Source: an uncultured Candidatus Rokubacteria bacterium (GTDB taxonomy: Bacteria; Methylomirabilota; Methylomirabilia; Rokubacteriales; CSP1-6). Taken from it: a stretch of DNA of 64,000 bases. The notes under the pieces are model-generated. The model ran no database searches and had not been told where the DNA came from. It saw nothing but the letters and a program-made list of their open reading frames with translations. This document shows positions 30,429 to 39,755 of the stretch, piece after piece (positions within the stretch are counted from its first letter, which is position 1; the number at the start of each line of letters is the position of its first letter). Location of the stretch: contig CAWJDX010000011.1 in NCBI GenBank assembly GCA_963841755.1, forward strand, positions 412,604 to 476,603, in the 5' to 3' direction. A program made the position numbers and the translations under genes.

Positions 30429-31688
30429 ATGAGTGAAGCGTTGGGTGGGCTCCTCCTCGGCGTCGTGATCCTCTTGGCCTTGGTCGTGTGGTCGATCCGC
30501 CGCCATAGAGACCCTGACCTGCACGTCGAGTGCGACTCGCCTATCGACGAGCTGATGCCCACGCTCTCGGGCTTGACGCTGGGCACGGCGGTGGCCGGCA
30601 ACAAGGTGGAGGTGCATGAGAACGGTGCCTTCTTCGATGTATTGATCGGCCGCATCCAGGCGGCGAGAAACTCCGTGCACTTCGAGACCTTCTTGTGGAA
30701 GGAGGGCGCGCTCGGCCGGCGTGTGGCCGACGCGCTGATCGAGCGAGCGAGAGCGGGCGTGAAGGTTCGCCTACTGCTAGACGCAGAAGGCTCGAAGCAC
30801 GCGGGCAAGGCCGTCGTGCAGGAGATGCGCGACGCGGGCTGCCGCGTGGTGTTCTTTCACGAGCGGAGGCTGCGAAACATCGGAGTATTCAACGACCGCG
30901 ACCATCGTAAGCTGATGGTGATCGACGGGCGCGAGGCCTTTGTGGGCGGTCATTGCGTCGTGGACCAGTGGCTGGGCAATGCGGAAGACGGAAAGCACTA
31001 CGGCGACATCAGCCTGCACCTCCATGGGCCGATCGTGCACAGCGTGCAAGGCGCCTTCAGTGAGAACTGGGCTGGCGAGACCGGCGAGCTGTTCGTGGGC
31101 GAAGACGTGTTCCCGGTGCTGGAACCGGCGGGCGAGGTCTTGATGCACGCCGTGTTCGCTAAACCCGAGAACTCGGCGCCCGCGGTGAAGATACTCCACC
31201 ACACCGCCATCTGCCTGGCGCGCGCGCGCATCTGGATCCAGAACCCCTATTTCATCCCCGAGCCAGATGCCATCGACGCCTTCGGTGATGCGGTGAAGCG
31301 CGGCGTGGACGTGCGGGTGCTGATGCCGTCGACCAGCGGATCGGACAACCCCATGGTGCAGCACGCCGGCCACCGCAACTTCGAGAAGCTGTTGAGGTGC
31401 GGCGTTCGCCTGTTCGAATACCCGCACACCCTGCTGCACCAGAAGGTCATGACTGTCGACGGAGTCTGGAGCGCCGTTGGCTCGAGCAACTTCGACGACC
31501 GCTCGTTCGAGACAAACGACGAGATCACCCTGTCGATCAGGGACGAGGCGCTCGCGCAGCGCCTCGACGCGGTCTTCGAGAAGTACGTCCCGCGCGCGAC
31601 AGAGGTGCAACTCGAGCGGTGGCGCAAGCGCCGGCTGACGCACAAGCTGAAGGATAACTTCTTCTATCTGCTGAACGAGCTGCTCTGA
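30429..31688 (+). CDS. cls: Cardiolipin synthase / phospholipase D family protein with two HKD motifs and an N-terminal transmembrane helix.
   Basis: Intact 419-aa ORF. The HKD motifs are HRKLMVIDGREAFVGG and HQKVMTVDGVWSAVGSSNFD. Confidence 0.85.
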   Translation: MSEALGGLLLGVVILLALVVWSIRRHRDPDLHVECDSPIDELMPTLSGLTLGTAVAGNKVEVHENGAFFDVLIGRIQAARNSVHFETFLWKEGALGRRVADALIERARAGVKVRLLLDAEGSKHAGKAVVQEMRDAGCRVVFFHERRLRNIGVFNDRDHRKLMVIDGREAFVGGHCVVDQWLGNAEDGKHYGDISLHLHGPIVHSVQGAFSENWAGETGELFVGEDVFPVLEPAGEVLMHAVFAKPENSAPAVKILHHTAICLARARIWIQNPYFIPEPDAIDAFGDAVKRGVDVRVLMPSTSGSDNPMVQHAGHRNFEKLLRCGVRLFEYPHTLLHQKVMTVDGVWSAVGSSNFDDRSFETNDEITLSIRDEALAQRLDAVFEKYVPRATEVQLERWRKRRLTHKLKDNFFYLLNELL

Positions 31689-31940
31689 CAGACAGATCGG
31701 GCCCCGCCTCCGCTGCTGCAGCGGGCTCGATGCCCTTCGCTGGTGAACCGGGCCTCGACCTCGGTGAGAAGCTCGGTGACACCGGGCAGCTCGATGGCCC
31801 CACCGAGATGGCGAGGTAGACAACTGTGTCTGGGCGGTCCTGGGACAACTGCCGCAACTGGACCAGCGGGTCGACCTTACCTCGGCTCCGCGCCGTCGGT
31901 CGAGGCGAGATGACGCGTCTCTCGTCGCCCTTTCTGCGCG

Positions 31941-32675
31941 CTATCCGCCAGCCGCCTTCCGGCGCGCGGCCAGGCCCACGCCGACCATGGCGGCGCCGAG
32001 CAGGGTCAGGGTGGCGGGCTCAGGCACCGGTGAGGTGGCGCTGGCACTGGCGAAGCCGTCGACGGAGTCGGTGAGCAGCAGGCTGTGGAGGCCGGGCGTC
32101 AGGTTGAGCGTGAGCGGCACCGTCCCCCCGTCGGTGATGGTCTCGAAGGGGGGCGCGATCGCCACGTCCTCGTTCAGTTTGACCTTCACGCTGCCGTCCA
32201 GGAGCACCGAGTAGCTGAAGCCGGCCGCCGCAAACTCGTTGGCTCCGGCCGAGGCCACCACGGTCGCGCTCCAGCCGATCGTGATCGGGAACGCGACCGA
32301 GAAGTTGTTGTCGTTCAGGATGGCTCCCGTGGTGGTCGCACTGGCCATCGACATCGCAAGGGACGTGGGTGGTGCGCTCGCCGAGCCCGACACGAACACT
32401 TGGATCACCCCGGGAACCACTGGAGACCCGCTGCGGCTGGCAACGGCGTCGCCGATCTGCAGCACGGGCCCCAGCGTCACCACCCCTTGGGAGAGCGTGA
32501 TCCCAGTGCCGGGCGGCAGCGCGTCCGGCGCGCTGACCGACAGGGTGACGTCTCCGCTATAGATCGCGACGGCGGCCGCGGGCACCGGAGCGATCAAGGC
32601 ACTGCCGGCGAAGACCGCCGCGATCAATAGGACGCGGAGCGGGATGGCAGTCGAAGGGCGGCCGAGTCTGCTCAT
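31941..32675 (-). CDS. PEP-CTERM sorting-domain protein (putative exosortase substrate).
   Basis: Intact 244-aa ORF with a signal peptide and the C-terminal VPEPATLTLLGAAMVGVGLAARRK motif. An AGGAGG SD precedes it. Confidence 0.8.
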   Translation of the reverse strand: MSRLGRPSTAIPLRVLLIAAVFAGSALIAPVPAAAVAIYSGDVTLSVSAPDALPPGTGITLSQGVVTLGPVLQIGDAVASRSGSPVVPGVIQVFVSGSASAPPTSLAMSMASATTTGAILNDNNFSVAFPITIGWSATVVASAGANEFAAAGFSYSVLLDGSVKVKLNEDVAIAPPFETITDGGTVPLTLNLTPGLHSLLLTDSVDGFASASATSPVPEPATLTLLGAAMVGVGLAARRKAAGG

Positions 32676-32978
32676 GGCGTACCTCCTGCTCTCGCATGGC
32701 GAGCGGCACTGCGAAGAATTTCTAGGCAGGACGGAGATTGGGTCATGGCATCTCCAAGTCCGATGGATCCCAGGCCAATGAGTCAGTGACGGGAACCAAC
32801 CCGACCCTATGCGCCTCGGTCCGCAACGTCAAGGGCCGGTGCGCCGTTCGCCCGTCGCGTCCGAGGTGACCGCTCCGGAGGTCGCGGGTCCGGCTAGGCG
32901 GCGACCTCCCGGGGCAGGTACTCACCACGAGAACCCCCGCAATTCCTAATTATCGGTATCGCGTAGATTCGTTCCTCC

Positions 32979-33355
32979 ATGGAGCCGCCCGACCTCATGC
33001 ACGCCACGCAAGTCCCGCGCCCGTTTCACACGAAGAGATGGGTCTATGAAGAGAAGTACGACCCGTGGCGAATGCTCGCGGTCAAGGAAGCTGGTGGCGT
33101 GCGGCTCGTCAGCCGGAACGGCCGGGACCACACCAAGCGCTTTCGCGCGATAGCCGAAGCACTCGCGGCACTCAAGCCCAAGACCCTCACCCTCGACGGT
33201 GTAGTGGCGGTGTTCGACGCCGAGCTAGTTTCCCGCTTCGAGTGGCTCCGTAGGACCCGGAGTCACCTTACGTGGCCGGGCGCACCCTCAAGTGGCTCAA
33301 GGTGAAGCAACCCGAGTACCGACTAGAGAAACGCGGTTGGGCATGAGGGAATAGC
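32979..33355 (+). pseudogene. LigD-like ATP-dependent ligase paralog with an internal deletion (about 330 nt missing relative to the 36361..36954 copy) and a frame change.
   Basis: The N-terminal part MEPPDLMHATQVPRPFHTKRWVYEEKYDPWRMLAVKEAGGVRLVSRNGRDHTKRF...SRFEWLRR is followed, in another frame, by PYVAGRTLKWLKVKQPEYRLEKRGWA*. This corresponds to the extreme C-terminus (SPYLGGRSLSWLKVRQRDYRVEERGW) of the intact copy. Confidence 0.55.
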
Positions 33356-33375
33356 CCCTCCGGCAGAGTCAGTAA

Positions 33376-33540
33376 TCAGACGCTCGGGCCGCCTGGCGGC
33401 GAGGGCATGTGGTGGTCGTGCTTGCGTCGTTCTTGCTCAAACTCGTGAGGCTGGGGCGCCATTGTCCGCCGCCTGCTAATGAGATAGGCGAGTGCAGCGA
33501 CTCCACTTACTACTAGAATCACGAATACCGCGAGCCACAT
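33376..33540 (-). CDS. Small hypothetical membrane protein (54 aa).
   Basis: MWLAVFVILVVSGVAALAYLISRRRTMAPQPHEFEQERRKHDHHMPSPPGGPSV, with a GGGAGGGG SD upstream. It is below the ORF-track threshold. Confidence 0.3.
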   Translation of the reverse strand: MWLAVFVILVVSGVAALAYLISRRRTMAPQPHEFEQERRKHDHHMPSPPGGPSV

Positions 33541-34052
33541 CTCGACCCCTCCCACTCACTATGCAGCCACCCGGGCAAAGTATGGCACAGGCTAGCCCCC
33601 AGGAGCGACGAGCACCGTGGGAGAGTGCGGCGTTAAACAACTGGCCGCATTCCTAACCTTGGGCCAAGGACGCTACCAGAACACTGCTAGACCGGGCAAG
33701 CCCTTGGCGCTACGCTTCCTCTACCGGGTGCTACGGCCGCGCCCGGCTTCGCCCGAAGGGGATGAGCCGCCCTCTTGAGGCTGCCACTTCGGGCTCTAGC
33801 TCGCCAACCAGCCGCCGCGAGCGCGGATTGTAACTGCCAAGTCGGCCGCACCAGCGGCACAGACAACGTAGTAGGTTCGCGTGCATCTGGGTGGTCACGA
33901 TTCAACCAGTCTACCGGATGGTGGACGCCGCGCTGACCCCGCCGTAATGATCCTTGACTACGTACGCGCGATGGTGTTGACTCACGGCCTCACTCGTCTA
34001 GTGGCGTGTCCCTATACTAGATGGTCTATCGCACCGCCGGGAGGAGAACCTA

Positions 34053-34418
34053 ATGAGTCAATCTGAGATCGCGGCCGTGAATCGTATGTTTGAGGAAGCA
34101 GCGAGCAAAGGGGACCTTGATACCCTCGCCTCGCTGTACACCAAGGACGCCGTAGCCCTTCCACCGGACGGGCCGTTTGTCAGGGGCCGAGACAATATAA
34201 AGCAGATGTGGGCGGCCATTGCTCAGCAAATCGGGCTGAAGAGCGTGAAGCTCGAGACGGTCGATCTCGAGGTGGCCGGCGAGATGGCACATGAGGTCGG
34301 TGAGGCACAACTAACTCTTGGATCCGGTACTGCGGTTGCGAAGTATGTCGTGGTCTGGAAAAAGACGGATGGGCAATGGCGTTTGCATCGGGACATCTGG
34401 AACACGAAGGCCACATAG
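34053..34418 (+). CDS. SnoaL-like / NTF2-fold (DUF4440-like) protein.
   Basis: Intact 121-aa ORF with a GGAGGAG SD and noticeably lower GC. Confidence 0.75.
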   Translation: MSQSEIAAVNRMFEEAASKGDLDTLASLYTKDAVALPPDGPFVRGRDNIKQMWAAIAQQIGLKSVKLETVDLEVAGEMAHEVGEAQLTLGSGTAVAKYVVVWKKTDGQWRLHRDIWNTKAT

Positions 34419-34924
34419 CGGCGCGAACTCGTCTCCGGAGTTCCGGGAGGCGGCGGAGCGGCCGGTGGCGTTCCAGGCCTGGGCGTCTCAGCAGCAGTTG
34501 TAGGCCGCGTCGCAGCAGACTGGGCGGATCCTCGATATCGCTGCGCTTCGTCGTCCCGATGGACAGGGACGTGCAGTGCCGCCCTAGCGGATCATAGAGG
34601 TCCAGGCCACCCATCGCTGTAGAGTCTCGTTCCGAAAACCCCTCCCTGCCGCCCCGAAAGTGCGCACCGAGTCAGAGCTCCGCCCCCCGTGAAGTCCCGT
34701 GCCGAAATCAGGTGATTCCGGGACAGCCAGACCGTACCTCTCGGTCTAGCCGGGTGGCGTCGCTCCGGGAACGGCGTCATGGTCCCCGCGCCATGATCTC
34801 GTCCCGGATGGCCTGACGAGCAGGGTCGCCCGATCCCCGCCTACCCCTGCCCGCGCTGCGGTCTCGTCTCGCAGTCAAAGGTTTCTCTCGAGAGAACCCC
34901 AGCTCATAGTGCTGCTTGGCTTGA

Positions 34925-36187
34925 TCAACCTTGGCTGTCGTCGATACGCCTCCGGCCGCGGGTCAACCCCAATCCCGCCATTATGGTCCCGAGAAGCAGT
35001 AGCGTCGTCGGCTCAGGGACGGGAGCGTCCGGGACGTCCGCAATAAGTGGCGTCATCGTGCCCGTGAAGTCTCCGTCGCCGACGAAAGTGAGCCCAGTGA
35101 TGAATGCGGTGACGTTGTTCGGATCGAGCCCCGCCGACGTCTCGATGCCGGTCACGTCGAAAGCACTGACACCGCCCTGTGGGAAAAAGAACTGAGTATT
35201 CGCAGCAATCTGCTGAAGGATGGTGTTTTGGCCCAGCAGAAAGGACAGCAGGAACAGATTGTCGCCCACTGACGGAAGCGTTACCGAGGCAAAAGTCGGG
35301 TTGCCGGTGCCGGTCGCGTATTTGTAGCCAATCGCGACGGCGGGGTCGATGAAGATCGTTTGTCCTCCCTTGATCCCTTGAACTTGGAACTGATACGGCG
35401 CATTGATCCCGGGACCCCGCGTGGGAATGAACGCGGCTGGCTGCGGTCCCGAGAGCGGCGAGAAATCGAAGAACGAATTCGACCGGCTGAGGATGCTGGA
35501 ATTGGGAAGGCTCCCGCCGGGAGACGGCGTTACGTGGTTCCGAGAGTCGATCAACTGCACATTAAGGACATATTGTCCGTTCGACTTCAGAACACCAGCG
35601 GGAACTTGAAAGCTCGATTGGGCGCCGGTGAGATTTGCGGAAAAGATAATATCGTTCTGTCCATTCGAAAGGACGATGCTCTTGTCGTAGACTTGCACAC
35701 GGACTGCATCCGGATTGAAGCCACCTGGGACCGTCCAACTGAGGGTCGGCGTCGTGCCCGAGTTGGAAATCGTTACGCTCGCTGGAAAGGGTATCGGGTC
35801 CGTTGGAATCCCCGCCAAGCTGGGGGTCAAGGCGGTTGCTGTATCGGCCCCGTTCTGAAACGTGAGCGCCCAGGAACCGAGCCGGCTCGGATTGAAAGCC
35901 GGACCGCGAGCGCAGAAGTTCGGGTCCACCGCCAGTGGCACGCACGGGGTAGCGGCCAGCGTTATGCCCTGCACCGCAGCGATAGTCGTCCCAAGAGCAG
36001 GCACAACGTCCGCACCAAATTGGTTGACATCACCTGACGCGATGCCAACGTCGTTCGCGCCGCGGAAATCGCGAAAGTTGTTCAGGTTGGTGATGTTCGT
36101 GATCGGCGCGCCGTGCGCGGTGGGGAGATCAGTAGAGATCAGAAGGGCGATGGCGGTGAGGACGGCGCCGAAAGCTCGAAGGATCAT
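34925..36187 (-). CDS. PEP-CTERM sorting-domain protein (second copy, unrelated in its body).
   Basis: Intact 420-aa ORF with a signal peptide, a Ser/Thr/Asn/Gly-rich body and the C-terminal VPEPTTLLLLGTIMAGLGLTRGRRR motif. Its GC is lower. Confidence 0.8.
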   Translation of the reverse strand: MILRAFGAVLTAIALLISTDLPTAHGAPITNITNLNNFRDFRGANDVGIASGDVNQFGADVVPALGTTIAAVQGITLAATPCVPLAVDPNFCARGPAFNPSRLGSWALTFQNGADTATALTPSLAGIPTDPIPFPASVTISNSGTTPTLSWTVPGGFNPDAVRVQVYDKSIVLSNGQNDIIFSANLTGAQSSFQVPAGVLKSNGQYVLNVQLIDSRNHVTPSPGGSLPNSSILSRSNSFFDFSPLSGPQPAAFIPTRGPGINAPYQFQVQGIKGGQTIFIDPAVAIGYKYATGTGNPTFASVTLPSVGDNLFLLSFLLGQNTILQQIAANTQFFFPQGGVSAFDVTGIETSAGLDPNNVTAFITGLTFVGDGDFTGTMTPLIADVPDAPVPEPTTLLLLGTIMAGLGLTRGRRRIDDSQG

Positions 36188-36360
36188 GGGATACCTCCCT
36201 GAGCGGACGGTCGGACGCAGGCAGACTACCGCAGCATCCTCGGCTGAACCAAGAGCTTTCGATCCCAGCAGGTGTGCTTACTGTGTACGTCCCTGCCGTA
36301 GCTTCCGAGATGGCCTCGCGGGCCACCCGCAGGAGCAGGTGACGAGCCGACGCGGACGGT

Positions 36361-36954
36361 CTATGCCCTGTTCCTCGGGTCCCACCCGCGCTCCTCCACC
36401 CGGTAGTCCCGCTGCCGGACCTTGAGCCACGAAAGCGACCGCCCACCGAGATACGGTGAGGATTCATCCTTGCCGACCATGCCCTCGTAGCCGCGCTCGA
36501 GCACCTGCTGCCATGCCTTGAGCCCTTTGTCGGCCAGCCGCCGCGCCGGGAACAGCAGTGTGTGGTCGTTCTCCAGGAGCCGTTCGAGCTCTGCCCGTCG
36601 CTCTCGTAGCGGCAGCGGCCGCAGGTCGCGCCGATCCAGGTACAGGCAGTCAAAGGCTATGTAGACCGGCGGGGTCGAGGCGGCATCCTCCGGACGCTTG
36701 CGGAACCACTCGAACCGCGAGATCAGCTGCTCGTCGAAGATCGCCACTTCCCCGTCGAGGATCAGGGTCAGGACCGGAAGGGCGCGGATCGCGGCGGCCA
36801 GCTCCGCGAACCGCCGCGCGTGGTCCTTGCCGGCCCGGCTGATCAGCCGGACGTGGGTGCCGTCCTTGTAAGCGACCATGCGCCAGCCACCGTACTTCTC
36901 CTCGTACACCCAGCCGTCGCGGTGAAACGGCTGGGCGACTTCGGTGGACTGCAT
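36361..36954 (-). CDS. ATP-dependent DNA ligase family protein (LigD-like). It has only the NTase domain and its motif I is degenerate.
   Basis: The 197-aa ORF starts at the internal ATG at 36952-36954. It has motif III (LDGEVAIFDE), motif IIIa (YIAFDCLYLDRRDLRPLPLRERR), motif IV (EGMVGKDESSPY) and motif V (WLKVRQ). Motif I reads EEKYGGWR rather than KxDGxR. There is no OB domain. Confidence 0.7.
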   Translation of the reverse strand: MQSTEVAQPFHRDGWVYEEKYGGWRMVAYKDGTHVRLISRAGKDHARRFAELAAAIRALPVLTLILDGEVAIFDEQLISRFEWFRKRPEDAASTPPVYIAFDCLYLDRRDLRPLPLRERRAELERLLENDHTLLFPARRLADKGLKAWQQVLERGYEGMVGKDESSPYLGGRSLSWLKVRQRDYRVEERGWDPRNRA

Positions 36955-37155
36955 GGGGTCAACCTTGGGGAGGTTGGTCACCCTTCCAGTGTACGGGCCG
37001 GGGGAACCCGGGCCGGCTTGGCGGGATGCACGATGCTGGCCCGCAGTCGCAGGTGATCCACACGCGATCCGGCTCGACGGCGGCGTCCAGATCGCCACAG
37101 CGGCGATGCTCCTGGAGGAAGGCGTCGAGGGTGGCGAGCAGCTCGGGCATCGGGA

Positions 37156-38148
37156 CTACTCGATCACCTGGTCCGCCCGCTGGAGGAGCGACGGCGGGAT
37201 CGTCAGGCCGAGCGCCTTGGCGGTCTTGAGGTTGATGACCAGCTCGAACTTCGTGGGCTGCTCGATCGGGAGGTCTCCGGGGCTCGTCCCCTTCAGGATC
37301 TTATCGACGTAGGTTCCGGCCCGCCGGTTCAAATCGGGAATGCTCGCTCCATAGGCGACGAGGCCACCAAGCTCGACAAACTCCGTTGCATTGAACATCG
37401 AGGGTAGGCGGTGGCTCGCGGCGAGTCCGACGAGACGGCGTCGCTCATAGTAGAACATCGGGCTGGGAAAGGTGACGAGGGCACCGGCATGCTCCTTGGT
37501 CATCGTAGAGAATGCACGGTCCAACTCGTCGGAGGTCCGCACCCCGACAGGAATAAGCTGTACTTTCAGTGCCTGCGCGACCGCGCCAGTTTCCTTGAAC
37601 ATCTCGCGAGTTGTGGGTTCGCCGAAGGCGCCCGGATGCCAGAGGGTAGCGACCCGAGACGCTCTGGGAACTACCTCCTTCAGAAGTTCGAGACGCTTGG
37701 GGACTAGCCCCGGGCCGAGGAACGTAGACCCCGTGATGTTTCCCCCGGGCCGCGCGAGGCTGGCAACGAACCCGTCCCCTACTGGATCACCCAACGCGGG
37801 TGCAACGATGGGGATCGTCGTGGTCGCTTGCCGAACCGCCCGGGCGACAGGGGTACTCGCGGCGACGATGACATCGACTTTGAGGCGGACGAGTTCAGTG
37901 GCCAAATCTGGTAGCCTCTCCAGTCTTCCTTCCGCTGCCCGGTACTCGATGATGATGTTCTGCCCCTCCACGTAGCCATGTTCCCGAAGTCCTCGACGAA
38001 GGTCATCAGGACGCGAGTCACGTGATTCAAATGAACCGGCTATCAGGTAACCGATCCGTGGAGGTTTCGCACCCGTCTGTGCCTTGGCGGTAAACGGCAC
38101 CGCCACGAGCCCGCCTGCCACGGTCCCGATGAAGCCCCGCCTGTCCAC
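37156..38148 (-). CDS. ABC transporter substrate-binding protein (PF04392 family) with a twin-arginine signal.
   Basis: Intact 330-aa ORF with an MDRRGFIG Tat motif and the conserved C-terminus LTIPPSLLQRADQVIE. Confidence 0.8.
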   Translation of the reverse strand: MDRRGFIGTVAGGLVAVPFTAKAQTGAKPPRIGYLIAGSFESRDSRPDDLRRGLREHGYVEGQNIIIEYRAAEGRLERLPDLATELVRLKVDVIVAASTPVARAVRQATTTIPIVAPALGDPVGDGFVASLARPGGNITGSTFLGPGLVPKRLELLKEVVPRASRVATLWHPGAFGEPTTREMFKETGAVAQALKVQLIPVGVRTSDELDRAFSTMTKEHAGALVTFPSPMFYYERRRLVGLAASHRLPSMFNATEFVELGGLVAYGASIPDLNRRAGTYVDKILKGTSPGDLPIEQPTKFELVINLKTAKALGLTIPPSLLQRADQVIE

Positions 38149-39122
38149 TACTCGATCACCTGATCCGCCCGCTGGAGGAGCGACGGCGGGATCGTCAAGC
38201 CGAGGGCCTGGGCGGTCTTGAGGTTGATGACGAGTTGGAACGTGGTCACCTGTCGGATAGGTACCTCGCTGACCGGCGTCCCCCGAAGAATCGTGTCGAC
38301 GGTCTCAGCGAGCAAGCGGTAAAGCTCGCGGAGGTCGTAGCCGTAAGAGAGGAGGCCGCCGAGTGGGGCGAAGTCCGAGAGCTCGCAGATCGTGGGGATT
38401 CGATGCTTCAAGGCAAGGTCCGCCACTGTCTTTCGGTGGAGGCCCACAAGGCGGCTGCGCAATACCAGGACCCCTTGAGCGCGTCCGGCTCGAAGCGCCA
38501 AGAATGCCGGGTCAAGATCCTCGACGCGAAGAACTGGCTCGATCCGGAGGCGGATACCCAACGCCTTCCCACTCGTTTCGGCTACTCGGACAGCCGCGCT
38601 GACCTCAGATCCTCCCTTGAGGACGCCTGCCCGAGAGAGACCTGGGATGGCCTCTTTCATGAGGGCCAACTGCTTGCCAACAACCTCGGGCATCAGGGTC
38701 TGGGTTCCGGTGACGTTGCCGCCAGGTCTGGCGACGCTGGCCGCGAGCCCGCTCTCCACGAGATCTTCCGCTTCAGACACGACGATCGGGATCGTTCGGG
38801 TCACCTTCTGCAGGAGCTTGGCATGGAGGTCACCTGAGACGACGAACATATCCACGCGCGATCGCAGAAACTCGGCGGCCAGGTCGGGAATGCGCTCGGG
38901 CTGATCACCATAGGTTCGGCGTTCGACAACGAAGTGCTGCCCGTAGACCCAACCAAGCAGTCGCATCCGGTCGTACCATTGCCCCTCGCCCGGTGGGGTG
39001 CTCGGTAACCCGGCAAGGAATGATCCAATCCGGTACACCTTCCCAACCTGCTGCGCCTCGACGGCGAGCGGCGCGGCGAGGAGGCTGCCGGCCAAGGTGC
39101 CGATGAATGCACGTCGGTCCAC
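38148..39122 (-). CDS. ABC transporter substrate-binding protein (PF04392 family), a tandem paralog with a twin-arginine signal.
   Basis: Intact 324-aa ORF with MDRRAFIG and the same C-terminal motif. Its stop and the downstream start overlap by 1 nt. Confidence 0.8.
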   Translation of the reverse strand: MDRRAFIGTLAGSLLAAPLAVEAQQVGKVYRIGSFLAGLPSTPPGEGQWYDRMRLLGWVYGQHFVVERRTYGDQPERIPDLAAEFLRSRVDMFVVSGDLHAKLLQKVTRTIPIVVSEAEDLVESGLAASVARPGGNVTGTQTLMPEVVGKQLALMKEAIPGLSRAGVLKGGSEVSAAVRVAETSGKALGIRLRIEPVLRVEDLDPAFLALRAGRAQGVLVLRSRLVGLHRKTVADLALKHRIPTICELSDFAPLGGLLSYGYDLRELYRLLAETVDTILRGTPVSEVPIRQVTTFQLVINLKTAQALGLTIPPSLLQRADQVIE

Positions 39123-39755
39123 TACGAAGCCCTCACTTGGCCGCGTCGTTTAGGAGGGACAGGGCGGGGCGGCCAGCGGCACGACCTTACACCAAGAGGC
39201 CGAGAGAGAGCAGCCTAGTAGTAGTCTCGCATCCGGCCAACCTGCTGGTGCAGGCGTTTGCGACGCCAAAGATAGGTGTTCCGATTGTGTAATGCCCTGT
39301 GCCTAGACGCCATAACTACTATGTCGATAGATGCCTCGTGCCCGCACGGACCGTCAACGTTGGCAGGAGGAAGTAGCAGAGCTGCCCGAACAGATCGATC
39401 GCTGGCAATCCGAGTTGACAACGCTCTCCCCCGGTGACCGCGTGCGGCGGGAGATGCTGGAGTGGACAATCCCGGCGGCTCGGCTGCGGAGGAGACGGTG
39501 GCAAAGTGGATCGAGCAGGCGGACACCGAATCGACCTAGCCGCACCACCCCGTGCGCCGGGTGCGGTGTTGTCGGGCCTCCGTGAGGCAGGCGGGCCGGC
39601 ATGCGGGTCTCAGTCTACGGGTCCCAACCCACGAGGGCCGAGTGAGCCTAGATGCGGTGCTGGCCGGCGTCCACTCACGTCCACCGGCGTCCACGCTATC
39701 CGACGCCGATGGGGTGAGGGCAGGTCAACTACGCGATTTTCCGCGTGAGGAATTC

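Larger units (their letters stand above)
28627..39755. mobile_element. About 11.1-kb genomic island integrated at the 3' end of tRNA-Ala(CGC). No integrase is present, so it is probably a decayed remnant.
   Basis: It is flanked by 18-bp direct repeats, one of which lies in the tRNA 3' end. It carries accessory cargo on mixed strands, has patches that look lower in GC by eye, includes long non-coding gaps, and contains gene remnants. Confidence 0.55.

Noticed and set aside
30321-30808. Short minus-strand ORFs antisense to the 5' part of cls.
   Set aside because: Cls on the plus strand is intact, with both HKD motifs. The antisense ORFs have no features.
36361-36954. The ligase homolog considered as part of an NHEJ (Ku-LigD) system.
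   Set aside because: No Ku homolog and no polymerase or phosphoesterase domain is present anywhere in the window. The protein lacks the OB domain, and its motif I is degenerate.
39331-39585. An 84-aa ORF next to tRNA-Ala considered as the island integrase.
   Set aside because: It is far too short. It has no tyrosine or serine recombinase motifs, and its Arg/Trp-rich composition is consistent with a chance ORF in GC-rich DNA.
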